Source: the human T2T-CHM13v2.0 reference genome, Homo sapiens
Strand: one strand, 5' to 3'
Length of the DNA: 64,000 nucleotides
NCBI RefSeq assembly: GCF_009914755.1
Contig: NC_060931.1
A program made the position numbers and the translations under genes. The notes beneath the pieces were generated by a model. It searched no databases and was not told the origin of the DNA. It saw nothing but the letters and a program-made list of their open reading frames with translations. This document shows positions 1 to 12,900 of this stretch, in pieces (the first letter of the stretch is position 1; each line of letters starts with the position of its first letter).

Positions 1-219
1 CACTCTTGTTGTGGCATTTTCAGGTGGAGATTTCAAGCGATTTGAGGACAATTGCAGAAAAGGAAATATCTTCGTATAATAACCAGACAGAATCATTCTC
101 AGAAAGTGCTTTGTGATGTGTGCGTTCAACTCACAGAGTTTAACCTTTCTTTTCATAGAGGAGTTTGGAAACACACTGTTTGTAAAGTCTGCAAGTGGAT
201 ACATGGACCTGTTTGAGGC

Positions 220-236
220 CTTCGTTGGAAACGGGA
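220..236 (+). promoter_or_regulatory. CENP-B box 1 (CTTCGTTGGAAACGGGA), canonical; recurs once per HOR (63 positions in window)
   Basis: Exact match to the canonical 17-bp CENP-B box, NTTCGNNNNANNCGGGN. Confidence 0.97.
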
Positions 237-559
237 TTTCTTCATTGAATGCTAGACGGAAGAATTCTCAGTAAATTCTTTGTGTTGTGTGCATTCAACT
301 CACAGAGTGGAACGTCCCTTTAGACAGAGCAGATTTGAAACACTCTTTTTGCGGAATTTGCAAGTGGAGATTTCTAGCCATTTGATGCCAACAGTAGAAA
401 GGGAAATATCTTCAAATAAAAACCAGACAGAATCATTCTCAGAAAATTCTTTGTGATGTGTGCGTTCAACTCACATAGTTTAACCTTTCTTTTCATAGAG
501 CAGTTTGGAAACACTCTGTTTGTAAAGTCTGCAAGTGGATATATGGACCGCATTGAGGC

Positions 560-576
560 CTTCGTTGGAAACGGGA
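560..576 (+). promoter_or_regulatory. CENP-B box 2 (CTTCGTTGGAAACGGGA), canonical; recurs once per HOR (63 positions)
   Basis: Exact canonical match, 340 bp after box 1. Confidence 0.97.
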
Positions 577-727
577 TTTCTTCATTTCATGCTAGACAGA
601 AGAATTCTCAGTAACTTCTTTGTGCTGTGTATATTCAACTCACAGAGTGGAACGTCCCTTTGCACAGAGGAGATTTGAAACACTCTTTTTCTGGAGTTTG
701 CAAGTGGAGATTTCAAGCGATTTGATG

Positions 728-745
728 CCAACAGTAGAAAAGGAA
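728..745 (-). promoter_or_regulatory. Degenerate A-box/pJ-alpha-like site in a non-CENP-B monomer (CCAACAGTAGAAAAGGAA on +); counterparts near 388 and 49
   Basis: Occupies the position equivalent to the CENP-B box in alternate monomers. It resembles but does not match the recalled pJ-alpha consensus TTCCTTTTYCACCRTAG. Confidence 0.55.
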
Positions 746-899
746 ATATCTTCAAATAAAAACTAGACAGAATCATTCTCAGAAACTACTTTGTGATGTG
801 TGCCTTCAACTCACAGAGTTCAACCTTTCTTTTCTTAGAGCAGTTTAGAAACACTCTGCTTGTTATGTCTGCAAGTGGATATTTGGACCTCTTTGAGGC

Positions 900-916
900 C
901 TTCGTTGCAAACGGGG
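900..916 (+). promoter_or_regulatory. CENP-B box 3 (CTTCGTTGCAAACGGGG), variant retaining all 9 essential bases; once per HOR (62 positions)
   Basis: Matches NTTCGNNNNANNCGGGN with changes only at non-essential positions 9 and 17. It lies 340 bp after box 2 and 342 bp before the next box 1. Confidence 0.92.
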
Positions 917-3900
917 TTTCTTCCTTTCATGCTAGACTAAGAAGAGTTCTCAGTAACTTTTTTGTGTTGTGTGTATTCAACTCACAGAGTTGAACCTTGC
1001 TTTAGAGAGAGCAGATTTGAAACACTCTTGCTGTGGCATTTTCAGGTGGAGATTTCAAGCGATTTGAGGACAATTGCAGAAAAGGAAATATCTTCGTATA
1101 ATAACCAGACAGAATCATTCTCAGAAAGTGCTTTGTGATGTGTGCGTTCAACTCACAGAGTTTAACCTTTCTTTTCATAGAGGAGTTTGGAAACACACTG
1201 TTTGTAAAGTCTGCAAGTGGATATATGGACCTGTTTGAGGCCTTCGTTGGAAACGGGATTTCTTCATTGAATGCTAGACGGAAGAATTCTCAGTAAATTC
1301 TTTGTGTTGTGTGCATTCAACTCACAGAGTGGAACGTCCCTTTAGACAGAGCAGATTTGAAACCCTCTTTTTGCGGAATTTGCAAGTGGAGATTTCTAGC
1401 CATTTGATGCCAACAGTAGAAAGGGAAATATCTTCAAATAAAAACCAGACAGAATCATTCTCAGAAAATTCTTTGTGATGTGTGCGTTCAACTCACATAG
1501 TTTAACCTTTCTTTTCATAGAGCAGTTTGGAAACACTCTGTTTGTAAAGTCTGCAAGTGGATATATGGACCGCATTGAGGCCTTCGTTGGAAACGGGATT
1601 TCTTCATTTCATGCTAGACAGAAGAATTCTCAGTAACTTCTTTGTGCTGTGTGTATTCAACTCACAGAGTGGAACGTCCCTTTGCACAGAGCAGATTTGA
1701 AACACTCTTTTTGTGGAGTTTGCAAGTGGAGATTTCAAGCGATTTGATGCCAACAGTAGAAAAGGAAATATCTTCAAATAAAAACTAGACAGAATCATTC
1801 TCAGAAACTACTTTGTGATGTGTGCCTTCAACTCACAGAGTTCAACCTTTCTTTTCTTAGAGCAGTTTAGAAACACTCTGCTTGTTATGTCTGCAAGTGG
1901 ATATTTGGACCTCTTTGAGGCCTTCGTTGCAAACGGGGTTTCTTCCTTTCATGCTAGACTAAGAAGAGTTCTCAGTAACTTTTTTGTGTTGTGTGTATTC
2001 AACTCACAGAGTTGAACCTTGCTTTAGAGAGAGCAGATTTGAAACACTCTTGCTGTGGCATTTTCAGGTGGAGATTTCAAGCGATTTGAGGACAATTGCA
2101 GAAAAGGAAATATCTTCGTATAATAACCAGACAGAATCATTCTCAGAAAGTGCTTTGTGATGTGTGCGTTCAACTCACAGAGTTTAACCTTTCTTTTCAT
2201 AGAGGAGTTTGGAAACACACTGTTTGTAAAGTCTGCAAGTGGATATATGGACCTGTTTGAGGCCTTCGTTGGAAACGGGATTTCTTCATTGAATGCTAGA
2301 CGGAAGAATTCTCAGTAAATTCTTTGTGTTGTGTGCATTCAACTCACAGAGTGGAACGTCCCTTTAGACAGAGCAGATTTGAAACACTCTTTTTGCGGAA
2401 TTTGCAAGTGGAGATTTCTAGCCATTTGATGCCAACAGTAGAAAGGGAAATATCTTCAAATAAAAACCAGACAGAATCATTCTCAGAAAATTCTTTGTGA
2501 TGTGTGCGTTCAACTCACATAGTTTAACCTTTCTTTTCATAGAGCAGTTTGGAAACACTCTGTTTGTAAAGTCTGCAAGTGGATATATGGACCGCATTGA
2601 GGCCTTCGTTGGAAACGGGATTTCTTCATTTCATGCTAGACAGAAGAATTCTCAGTAACTTCTTTGTGCTGTGTGTATTCAACTCACAGAGTGGAACGTC
2701 CCTTTGCACAGAGCAGATTTGAAACACTCTTTTTGTGGAGTTTGCCAGTGGAGATTTCAAGCGATTTGATGCCAACAGTAGAAAAGGAAATATCTTCAAA
2801 TAAAAACTAGACAGAATCATTCTCAGAAACTACTTTGTGATGTGTGCCTTCAACTCACAGAGTTCAACCTTTCTTTTCTTAGAGCAGTTTAGAAACACTC
2901 TGCTTGTTATGTCTGCAAGTGGATATTTGGACCTCTTTGAGGCCTTCGTTGCAAACGGGGTTTCTTCCTTTCATGCTAGACTAAGAAGAGTTCTCAGTAA
3001 CTTTTTTGTGTTGTGTGTATTCAACTCACAGAGTTGAACCTTGCTTTAGAGAGAGCAGATTTGAAACACTCTTGTTGTGGCATTTTCAGGTGGAGATTTC
3101 AAGCGATTTGAGGACAATTGCAGAAAAGGAAATATCTTCGTATAATAACCAGACAGAATCATTCTCAGAAAGTGCTTTGTGATGTGTGCGTTCAACTCAC
3201 AGAGTTTAACCTTTCTTTTCATAGAGGAGTTTGGAAACACACTGTTTGTAAAGTCTGCAAGTGGATACATGGACCTGTTTGAGGCCTTCGTTGGAAACGG
3301 GATTTCTTCATTGAATGCTAGACGGAAGAATTCTCAGTAAATTCTTTGTGTTGTGTGCATTCAACTCACAGAGTGGAACGTCCCTTTAGACAGAGCAGAT
3401 TTGAAACACTCTTTTTGCGGAATTTGCAAGTGGAGATTTCTAGCCATTTGATGCCAACAGTAGAAAGGGAAATATCTTCAAATAAAAACCAGACAGAATC
3501 ATTCTCAGAAAATTCTTTGTGATGTGTGCGTTCAACTCACATAGTTTAACCTTTCTTTTCATAGAGCAGTTTGGAAACACTCTGTTTGTAAAGTCTGCAA
3601 GTGGATATATGGACCGCATTGAGGCCTTCGTTGGAAACGGGATTTCTTCATTTCATGCTAGACAGAAGAATTCTCAGTAACTTCTTTGTGCTGTGTGTAT
3701 TCAACTCACAGAGTGGAACGTCCCTTTGCACAGAGGAGATTTGAAACACTCTTTTTCTGGAGTTTGCAAGTGGAGATTTCAAGCGATTTGATGCCAACAG
3801 TAGAAAAGGAAATATCTTCAAATAAAAACTAGACAGAATCATTCTCAGAAACTACTTTGTGATGTGTGCCTTCAACTCACAGAGTTTAACCTTTCTTTTC

Positions 3901-6900
3901 TTAGAGCAGTTTAGAAACACTCTGCTTGTTATGTCTGCAAGTGGATATTTGGACCTCTTTGAGGCCTTCGTTGCAAACGGGGTTTCTTCCTTTCATGCTA
4001 GACTAAGAAGAGTTCTCAGTAACTTTTTTGTGTTGTGTGTATTCAACTCACAGAGTTGAACCTTGCTTTAGAGAGAGCAGATTTGAAACACTCTTGCTGT
4101 GGCATTTTCAGGTGGAGATTTCAAGCGATTTGAGGACAATTGCAGAAAAGGAAATATCTTCGTATAATAACCAGACAGAATCATTCTCAGAAAGTGCTTT
4201 GTGATGTGTGCGTTCAACTCACAGAGTTTAACCTTTCTTTTCATAGAGGAGTTTGGAAACACACTGTTTGTAAAGTCTGCAAGTGGATATATGGACCTGT
4301 TTGAGGCCTTCGTTGGAAACGGGATTTCTTCATTGAATGCTAGACGGAAGAATTCTCAGTAAATTCTTTGTGTTGTGTGCATTCAACTCACAGAGTGGAA
4401 CGTCCCTTTAGACAGAGCAGATTTGAAACCCTCTTTTTGCGGAATTTGCAAGTGGAGATTTCTAGCCATTTGATGCCAACAGTAGAAAGGGAAATATCTT
4501 CAAATAAAAACCAGACAGAATCATTCTCAGAAAATTCTTTGTGATGTGTGCGTTCAACTCACATAGTTTAACCTTTCTTTTCATAGAGCAGTTTGGAAAC
4601 ACTCTGTTTGTAAAGTCTGCAAGTGGATATATGGACCGCATTGAGGCCTTCGTTGGAAACGGGATTTCTTCATTTCATGCTAGACAGAAGAATTCTCAGT
4701 AACTTCTTTGTGCTGTGTGTATTCAACTCACAGAGTGGAACGTCCCTTTGCACAGAGCAGATTTGAAACACTCTTTTTGTGGAGTTTGCAAGTGGAGATT
4801 TCAAGCGATTTGATGCCAACAGTAGAAAAGGAAATATCTTCAAATAAAAACTAGACAGAATCATTCTCAGAAACTACTTTGTGATGTGTGCCTTCAACTC
4901 ACAGAGTTCAACCTTTCTTTTCTTAGAGCAGTTTAGAAACACTCTGCTTGTTATGTCTGCAAGTGGATATTTGGACCTCTTTGAGGCCTTCGTTGCAAAC
5001 GGGGTTTCTTCCTTTCATGCTAGACTAAGAAGAGTTCTCAGTAACTTTTTTGTGTTGTGTGTATTCAACTCACAGAGTTGAACCTTGCTTTAGAGAGAGC
5101 AGATTTGAAACACTCTTGCTGTGGCATTTTCAGGTGGAGATTTCAAGCGATTTGAGGACAATTGCAGAAAAGGAAATATCTTCGTATAATAACCAGACAG
5201 AATCATTCTCAGAAAGTGCTTTGTGATGTGTGCGTTCAACTCACAGAGTTTAACCTTTCTTTTCATAGAGGAGTTTGGAAACACACTGTTTGTAAAGTCT
5301 GCAAGTGGATATATGGACCTGTTTGAGGCCTTCGTTGGAAACGGGATTTCTTCATTGAATGCTAGACGGAAGAATTCTCAGTAAATTCTTTGTGTTGTGT
5401 GCATTCAACTCACAGAGTGGAACGTCCCTTTAGACAGAGCAGATTTGAAACCCTCTTTTTGCGGAATTTGCAAGTGGAGATTTCTAGCCATTTGATGCCA
5501 ACAGTAGAAAGGGAAATATCTTCAAATAAAAACCAGACAGAATCATTCTCAGAAAATTCTTTGTGATGTGTGCGTTCAACTCACATAGTTTAACCTTTCT
5601 TTTCATAGAGCAGTTTGGAAACACTCTGTTTGTAAAGTCTGCAAGTGGATATATGGACCGCATTGAGGCCTTCGTTGGAAACGGGATTTCTTCATTTCAT
5701 GCTAGACAGAAGAATTCTCAGTAACTTCTTTGTGCTGTGTGTATTCAACTCACAGAGTGGAACGTCCCTTTGCACAGAGCAGATTTGAAACACTCTTTTT
5801 GTGGAGTTTGCAAGTGGAGATTTCAAGCGATTTGATGCCAACAGTAGAAAAGGAAATATCTTCAAATAAAAACTAGACAGAATCATTCTCAGAAACTACT
5901 TTGTGATGTGTGCCTTCAACTCACAGAGTTCAACCTTTCTTTTCTTAGAGCAGTTTAGAAACACTCTGCTTGTTATGTCTGCAAGTGGATATTTGGACCT
6001 CTTTGAGGCCTTCGTTGCAAACGGGGTTTCTTCCTTTCATGCTAGACTAAGAAGAGTTCTCAGTAACTTTTTTGTGTTGTGTGTATTCAACTCACAGAGT
6101 TGAACCTTGCTTTAGAGAGAGCAGATTTGAAACACTCTTGCTGTGGCATTTTCAGGTGGAGATTTCAAGCGATTTGAGGACAATTGCAGAAAAGGAAATA
6201 TCTTCGTATAATAACCAGACAGAATCATTCTCAGAAAGTGCTTTGTGATGTGTGCGTTCAACTCACAGAGTTTAACCTTTCTTTTCATAGAGGAGTTTGG
6301 AAACACACTGTTTGTAAAGTCTGCAAGTGGATATATGGACCTGTTTGAGGCCTTCGTTGGAAACGGGATTTCTTCATTGAATGCTAGACGGAAGAATTCT
6401 CAGTAAATTCTTTGTGTTGTGTGCATTCAACTCACAGAGTGGAACGTCCCTTTAGACAGAGCAGATTTGAAACCCTCTTTTTGCGGAATTTGCAAGTGGA
6501 GATTTCTAGCCATTTGATGCCAACAGTAGAAAGGGAAATATCTTCAAATAAAAACCAGACAGAATCATTCTCAGAAAATTCTTTGTGATGTGTGCGTTCA
6601 ACTCACATAGTTTAACCTTTCTTTTCATAGAGCAGTTTGGAAACACTCTGTTTGTAAAGTCTGCAAGTGGATATATGGACCGCATTGAGGCCTTCGTTGG
6701 AAACGGGATTTCTTCATTTCATGCTAGACAGAAGAATTCTCAGTAACTTCTTTGTGCTGTGTGTATTCAACTCACAGAGTGGAACGTCCCTTTGCACAGA
6801 GCAGATTTGAAACACTCTTTTTGTGGAGTTTGCCAGTGGAGATTTCAAGCGATTTGATGCCAACAGTAGAAAAGGAAATATCTTCAAATAAAAACTAGAC

Positions 6901-9900
6901 AGAATCATTCTCAGAAACTACTTTGTGATGTGTGCCTTCAACTCACAGAGTTCAACCTTTCTTTTCTTAGAGCAGTTTAGAAACACTCTGCTTGTTATGT
7001 CTGCAAGTGGATATTTGGACCTCTTTGAGGCCTTCGTTGCAAACGGGGTTTCTTCCTTTCATGCTAGACTAAGAAGAGTTCTCAGTAACTTTTTTGTGTT
7101 GTGTGTATTCAACTCACAGAGTTGAACCTTGCTTTAGAGAGAGCAGATTTGAAACACTCTTGCTGTGGCATTTTCAGGTGGAGATTTCAAGCGATTTGAG
7201 GACAATTGCAGAAAAGGAAATATCTTCGTATAATAACCAGACAGAATCATTCTCAGAAAGTGCTTTGTGATGTGTGCGTTCAACTCACAGAGTTTAACCT
7301 TTCTTTTCATAGAGGAGTTTGGAAACACACTGTTTGTAAAGTCTGCAAGTGGATATATGGACCTGTTTGAGGCCTTCGTTGGAAACGGGATTTCTTCATT
7401 GAATGCTAGACGGAAGAATTCTCAGTAAATTCTTTGTGTTGTGTGCATTCAACTCACAGAGTGGAACGTCCCTTTAGACAGAGCAGATTTGAAACACTCT
7501 TTTTGCGGAATTTGCAAGTGGAGATTTCTAGCCATTTGATGCCAACAGTAGAAAGGGAAATATCTTCAAATAAAAACCAGACAGAATCATTCTCAGAAAA
7601 TTCTTTGTGATGTGTGCGTTCAACTCACATAGTTTAACCTTTCTTTTCATAGAGCAGTTTGGAAACACTCTGTTTGTAAAGTCTGCAAGTGGATATATGG
7701 ACCGCATTGAGGCCTTCGTTGGAAACGGGATTTCTTCATTTCATGCTAGACAGAAGAATTCTCAGTAACTTCTTTGTGCTGTGTGTATTCAACTCACAGA
7801 GTGGAACGTCCCTTTGCACAGAGCAGATTTGAAACACTCTTTTTGTGGAGTTTGCCAGTGGAGATTTCAAGCGATTTGATGCCAACAGTAGAAAAGGAAA
7901 TATCTTCAAATAAAAACTAGACAGAATCATTCTCAGAAACTACTTTGTGATGTGTGCCTTCAACTCACAGAGTTCAACCTTTCTTTTCTTAGAGCAGTTT
8001 AGAAACACTCTGCTTGTTATGTCTGCAAGTGGATATTTGGACCTCTTTGAGGCCTTCGTTGCAAACGGGGTTTCTTCCTTTCATGCTAGACTAAGAAGAG
8101 TTCTCAGTAACTTTTTTGTGTTGTGTGTATTCAACTCACAGAGTTGAACCTTGCTTTAGAGAGAGCAGATTTGAAACACTCTTGTTGTGGCATTTTCAGG
8201 TGGAGATTTCAAGCGATTTGAGGACAATTGCAGAAAAGGAAATATCTTCGTATAATAACCAGACAGAATCATTCTCAGAAAGTGCTTTGTGATGTGTGCG
8301 TTCAACTCACAGAGTTTAACCTTTCTTTTCATAGAGGAGTTTGGAAACACACTGTTTGTAAAGTCTGCAAGTGGATACATGGACCTGTTTGAGGCCTTCG
8401 TTGGAAACGGGATTTCTTCATTGAATGCTAGACGGAAGAATTCTCAGTAAATTCTTTGTGTTGTGTGCATTCAACTCACAGAGTGGAACGTCCCTTTAGA
8501 CAGAGCAGATTTGAAACACTCTTTTTGCGGAATTTGCAAGTGGAGATTTCTAGCCATTTGATGCCAACAGTAGAAAGGGAAATATCTTCAAATAAAAACC
8601 AGACAGAATCATTCTCAGAAAATTCTTTGTGATGTGTGCGTTCAACTCACATAGTTTAACCTTTCTTTTCATAGAGCAGTTTGGAAACACTCTGTTTGTA
8701 AAGTCTGCAAGTGGATATATGGACCGCATTGAGGCCTTCGTTGGAAACGGGATTTCTTCATTTCATGCTAGACAGAAGAATTCTCAGTAACTTCTTTGTG
8801 CTGTGTGTATTCAACTCACAGAGTGGAACGTCCCTTTGCACAGAGGAGATTTGAAACACTCTTTTTCTGGAGTTTGCAAGTGGAGATTTCAAGCGATTTG
8901 ATGCCAACAGTAGAAAAGGAAATATCTTCAAATAAAAACTAGACAGAATCATTCTCAGAAACTACTTTGTGATGTGTGCCTTCAACTCACAGAGTTTAAC
9001 CTTTCTTTTCTTAGAGCAGTTTAGAAACACTCTGCTTGTTATGTCTGCAAGTGGATATTTGGACCTCTTTGAGGCCTTCGTTGCAAACGGGGTTTCTTCC
9101 TTTCATGCTAGACTAAGAAGAGTTCTCAGTAACTTTTTTGTGTTGTGTGTATTCAACTCACAGAGTTGAACCTTGCTTTAGAGAGAGCAGATTTGAAACA
9201 CTCTTGCTGTGGCATTTTCAGGTGGAGATTTCAAGCGATTTGAGGACAATTGCAGAAAAGGAAATATCTTCGTATAATAACCAGACAGAATCATTCTCAG
9301 AAAGTGCTTTGTGATGTGTGCGTTCAACTCACAGAGTTTAACCTTTCTTTTCATAGAGGAGTTTGGAAACACACTGTTTGTAAAGTCTGCAAGTGGATAT
9401 ATGGACCTGTTTGAGGCCTTCGTTGGAAACGGGATTTCTTCATTGAATGCTAGACGGAAGAATTCTCAGTAAATTCTTTGTGTTGTGTGCATTCAACTCA
9501 CAGAGTGGAACGTCCCTTTAGACAGAGCAGATTTGAAACCCTCTTTTTGCGGAATTTGCAAGTGGAGATTTCTAGCCATTTGATGCCAACAGTAGAAAGG
9601 GAAATATCTTCAAATAAAAACCAGACAGAATCATTCTCAGAAAATTCTTTGTGATGTGTGCGTTCAACTCACATAGTTTAACCTTTCTTTTCATAGAGCA
9701 GTTTGGAAACACTCTGTTTGTAAAGTCTGCAAGTGGATATATGGACCGCATTGAGGCCTTCGTTGGAAACGGGATTTCTTCATTTCATGCTAGACAGAAG
9801 AATTCTCAGTAACTTCTTTGTGCTGTGTGTATTCAACTCACAGAGTGGAACGTCCCTTTGCACAGAGCAGATTTGAAACACTCTTTTTGTGGAGTTTGCA

Positions 9901-12900
9901 AGTGGAGATTTCAAGCGATTTGATGCCAACAGTAGAAAAGGAAATATCTTCAAATAAAAACTAGACAGAATCATTCTCAGAAACTACTTTGTGATGTGTG
10001 CCTTCAACTCACAGAGTTCAACCTTTCTTTTCTTAGAGCAGTTTAGAAACACTCTGCTTGTTATGTCTGCAAGTGGATATTTGGACCTCTTTGAGGCCTT
10101 CGTTGCAAACGGGGTTTCTTCCTTTCATGCTAGACTAAGAAGAGTTCTCAGTAACTTTTTTGTGTTGTGTGTATTCAACTCACAGAGTTGAACCTTGCTT
10201 TAGAGAGAGCAGATTTGAAACACTCTTGCTGTGGCATTTTCAGGTGGAGATTTCAAGCGATTTGAGGACAATTGCAGAAAAGGAAATATCTTCGTATAAT
10301 AACCAGACAGAATCATTCTCAGAAAGTGCTTTGTGATGTGTGCGTTCAACTCACAGAGTTTAACCTTTCTTTTCATAGAGGAGTTTGGAAACACACTGTT
10401 TGTAAAGTCTGCAAGTGGATATATGGACCTGTTTGAGGCCTTCGTTGGAAACGGGATTTCTTCATTGAATGCTAGACGGAAGAATTCTCAGTAAATTCTT
10501 TGTGTTGTGTGCATTCAACTCACAGAGTGGAACGTCCCTTTAGACAGAGCAGATTTGAAACCCTCTTTTTGCGGAATTTGCAAGTGGAGATTTCTAGCCA
10601 TTTGATGCCAACAGTAGAAAGGGAAATATCTTCAAATAAAAACCAGACAGAATCATTCTCAGAAAATTCTTTGTGATGTGTGCGTTCAACTCACATAGTT
10701 TAACCTTTCTTTTCATAGAGCAGTTTGGAAACACTCTGTTTGTAAAGTCTGCAAGTGGATATATGGACCGCATTGAGGCCTTCGTTGGAAACGGGATTTC
10801 TTCATTTCATGCTAGACAGAAGAATTCTCAGTAACTTCTTTGTGCTGTGTGTATTCAACTCACAGAGTGGAACGTCCCTTTGCACAGAGCAGATTTGAAA
10901 CACTCTTTTTGTGGAGTTTGCCAGTGGAGATTTCAAGCGATTTGATGCCAACAGTAGAAAAGGAAATATCTTCAAATAAAAACTAGACAGAATCATTCTC
11001 AGAAACTACTTTGTGATGTGTGCCTTCAACTCACAGAGTTCAACCTTTCTTTTCTTAGAGCAGTTTAGAAACACTCTGCTTGTTATGTCTGCAAGTGGAT
11101 ATTTGGACCTCTTTGAGGCCTTCGTTGCAAACGGGGTTTCTTCCTTTCATGCTAGACTAAGAAGAGTTCTCAGTAACTTTTTTGTGTTGTGTGTATTCAA
11201 CTCACAGAGTTGAACCTTGCTTTAGATAGAGCAGATTTGAAACACTCTTGTTGTGGCATTTTCAGGTGGAGATTTCAAGCGATTTGAGGACAATTGCAGA
11301 AAAGGAAATATCTTCGTATAATAACCAGACAGAATCATTCTCAGAAAGTGCTTTGTGATGTGTGCGTTCAACTCACAGAGTTTAACCTTTCTTTTCATAG
11401 AGGAGTTTGGAAACACACTGTTTGTAAAGTCTGCAAGTGGATACATGGACCTGTTTGAGGCCTTCGTTGGAAACGGGATTTCTTCATTGAATGCTAGACG
11501 GAAGAATTCTCAGTAAATTCTTTGTGTTGTGTGCATTCAACTCACAGAGTGGAACGTCCCTTTAGACAGAGCAGATTTGAAACACTCTTTTTGCGGAATT
11601 TGCAAGTGGAGATTTCTAGCCATTTGATGCCAACAGTAGAAAGGGAAATATCTTCAAATAAAAACCAGACAGAATCATTCTCAGAAAATTCTTTGTGATG
11701 TGTGCGTTCAACTCACATAGTTTAACCTTTCTTTTCATAGAGCAGTTTGGAAACACTCTGTTTGTAAAGTCTGCAAGTGGATATATGGACCGCATTGAGG
11801 CCTTCGTTGGAAACGGGATTGCTTCATTTCATGCTAGACAGAAGAATTCTCAGTAACTTCTTTGTGCTGTGTGTATTCAACTCACAGAGTGGAACGTCCC
11901 TTTGCACAGAGCAGATTTGAAACACTCTTTTTGTGGAGTTTGCAAGTGGAGATTTCAAGCGATTTGATGCCAACAGTAGAAAAGGAAATATCTTCAAATA
12001 AAAACTAGACAGAATCATTCTCAGAAACTACTTTGTGATGTGTGCCTTCAACTCACAGAGTTCAACCTTTCTTTTCTTAGAGCAGTTTAGAAACACTCTG
12101 CTTGTTATGTCTGCAAGTGGATATTTGGACCTCTTTGAGGCCTTCGTTGCAAACGGGGTTTCTTCCTTTCATGCTAGACTAAGAAGAGTTCTCAGTAACT
12201 TTTTTGTGTTGTGTGTATTCAACTCACAGAGTTGAACCTTGCTTTAGAGAGAGCAGATTTGAAACACTCTTGCTGTGGCATTTTCAGGTGGAGATTTCAA
12301 GCGATTTGAGGACAATTGCAGAAAAGGAAATATCTTCGTATAATAACCAGACAGAATCATTCTCAGAAAGTGCTTTGTGATGTGTGCGTTCAACTCACAG
12401 AGTTTAACCTTTCTTTTCATAGAGGAGTTTGGAAACACACTGTTTGTAAAGTCTGCAAGTGGATACATGGACCTGTTTGAGGCCTTCGTTGGAAACGGGA
12501 TTTCTTCATTGAATGCTAGACGGAAGAATTCTCAGTAAATTCTTTGTGTTGTGTGCATTCAACTCACAGAGTGGAACGTCCCTTTAGACAGAGCAGATTT
12601 GAAACACTCTTTTTGCGGAATTTGCAAGTGGAGATTTCTAGCCATTTGATGCCAACAGTAGAAAGGGAAATATCTTCAAATAAAAACCAGACAGAATCAT
12701 TCTCAGAAAATTCTTTGTGATGTGTGCGTTCAACTCACATAGTTTAACCTTTCTTTTCATAGAGCAGTTTGGAAACACTCTGTTTGTAAAGTCTGCAAGT
12801 GGATATATGGACCGCATTGAGGCCTTCGTTGGAAACGGGATTGCTTCATTTAATGCTAGACAGAAGAATTCTCAGTAACTTCTTTGTGCTGTGTGTATTC

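Larger units (their letters stand above)
96..1117 (+). repeat. Representative complete HOR unit: six monomers starting at 96, 265, 436, 605, 776, 947 (TTCTCAG anchor), lengths 169, 171, 169, 171, 171, 171
   Basis: TTCTCAG anchors counted directly; lengths sum to 1022. The third CENP-B-box monomer has 2 extra bp (GCTAGACTAAGAAGAGTTCTC vs GCTAGACAGAAGAATTCTC). Confidence 0.93.

Noticed and set aside
49-267. Short palindromes (CAATTG, AGGCCT, AGAATTCT) as hairpin or cruciform signals
   Set aside because: These are 6-8 bp restriction-site-sized dyads intrinsic to the monomer consensus. I saw no long inverted repeat.
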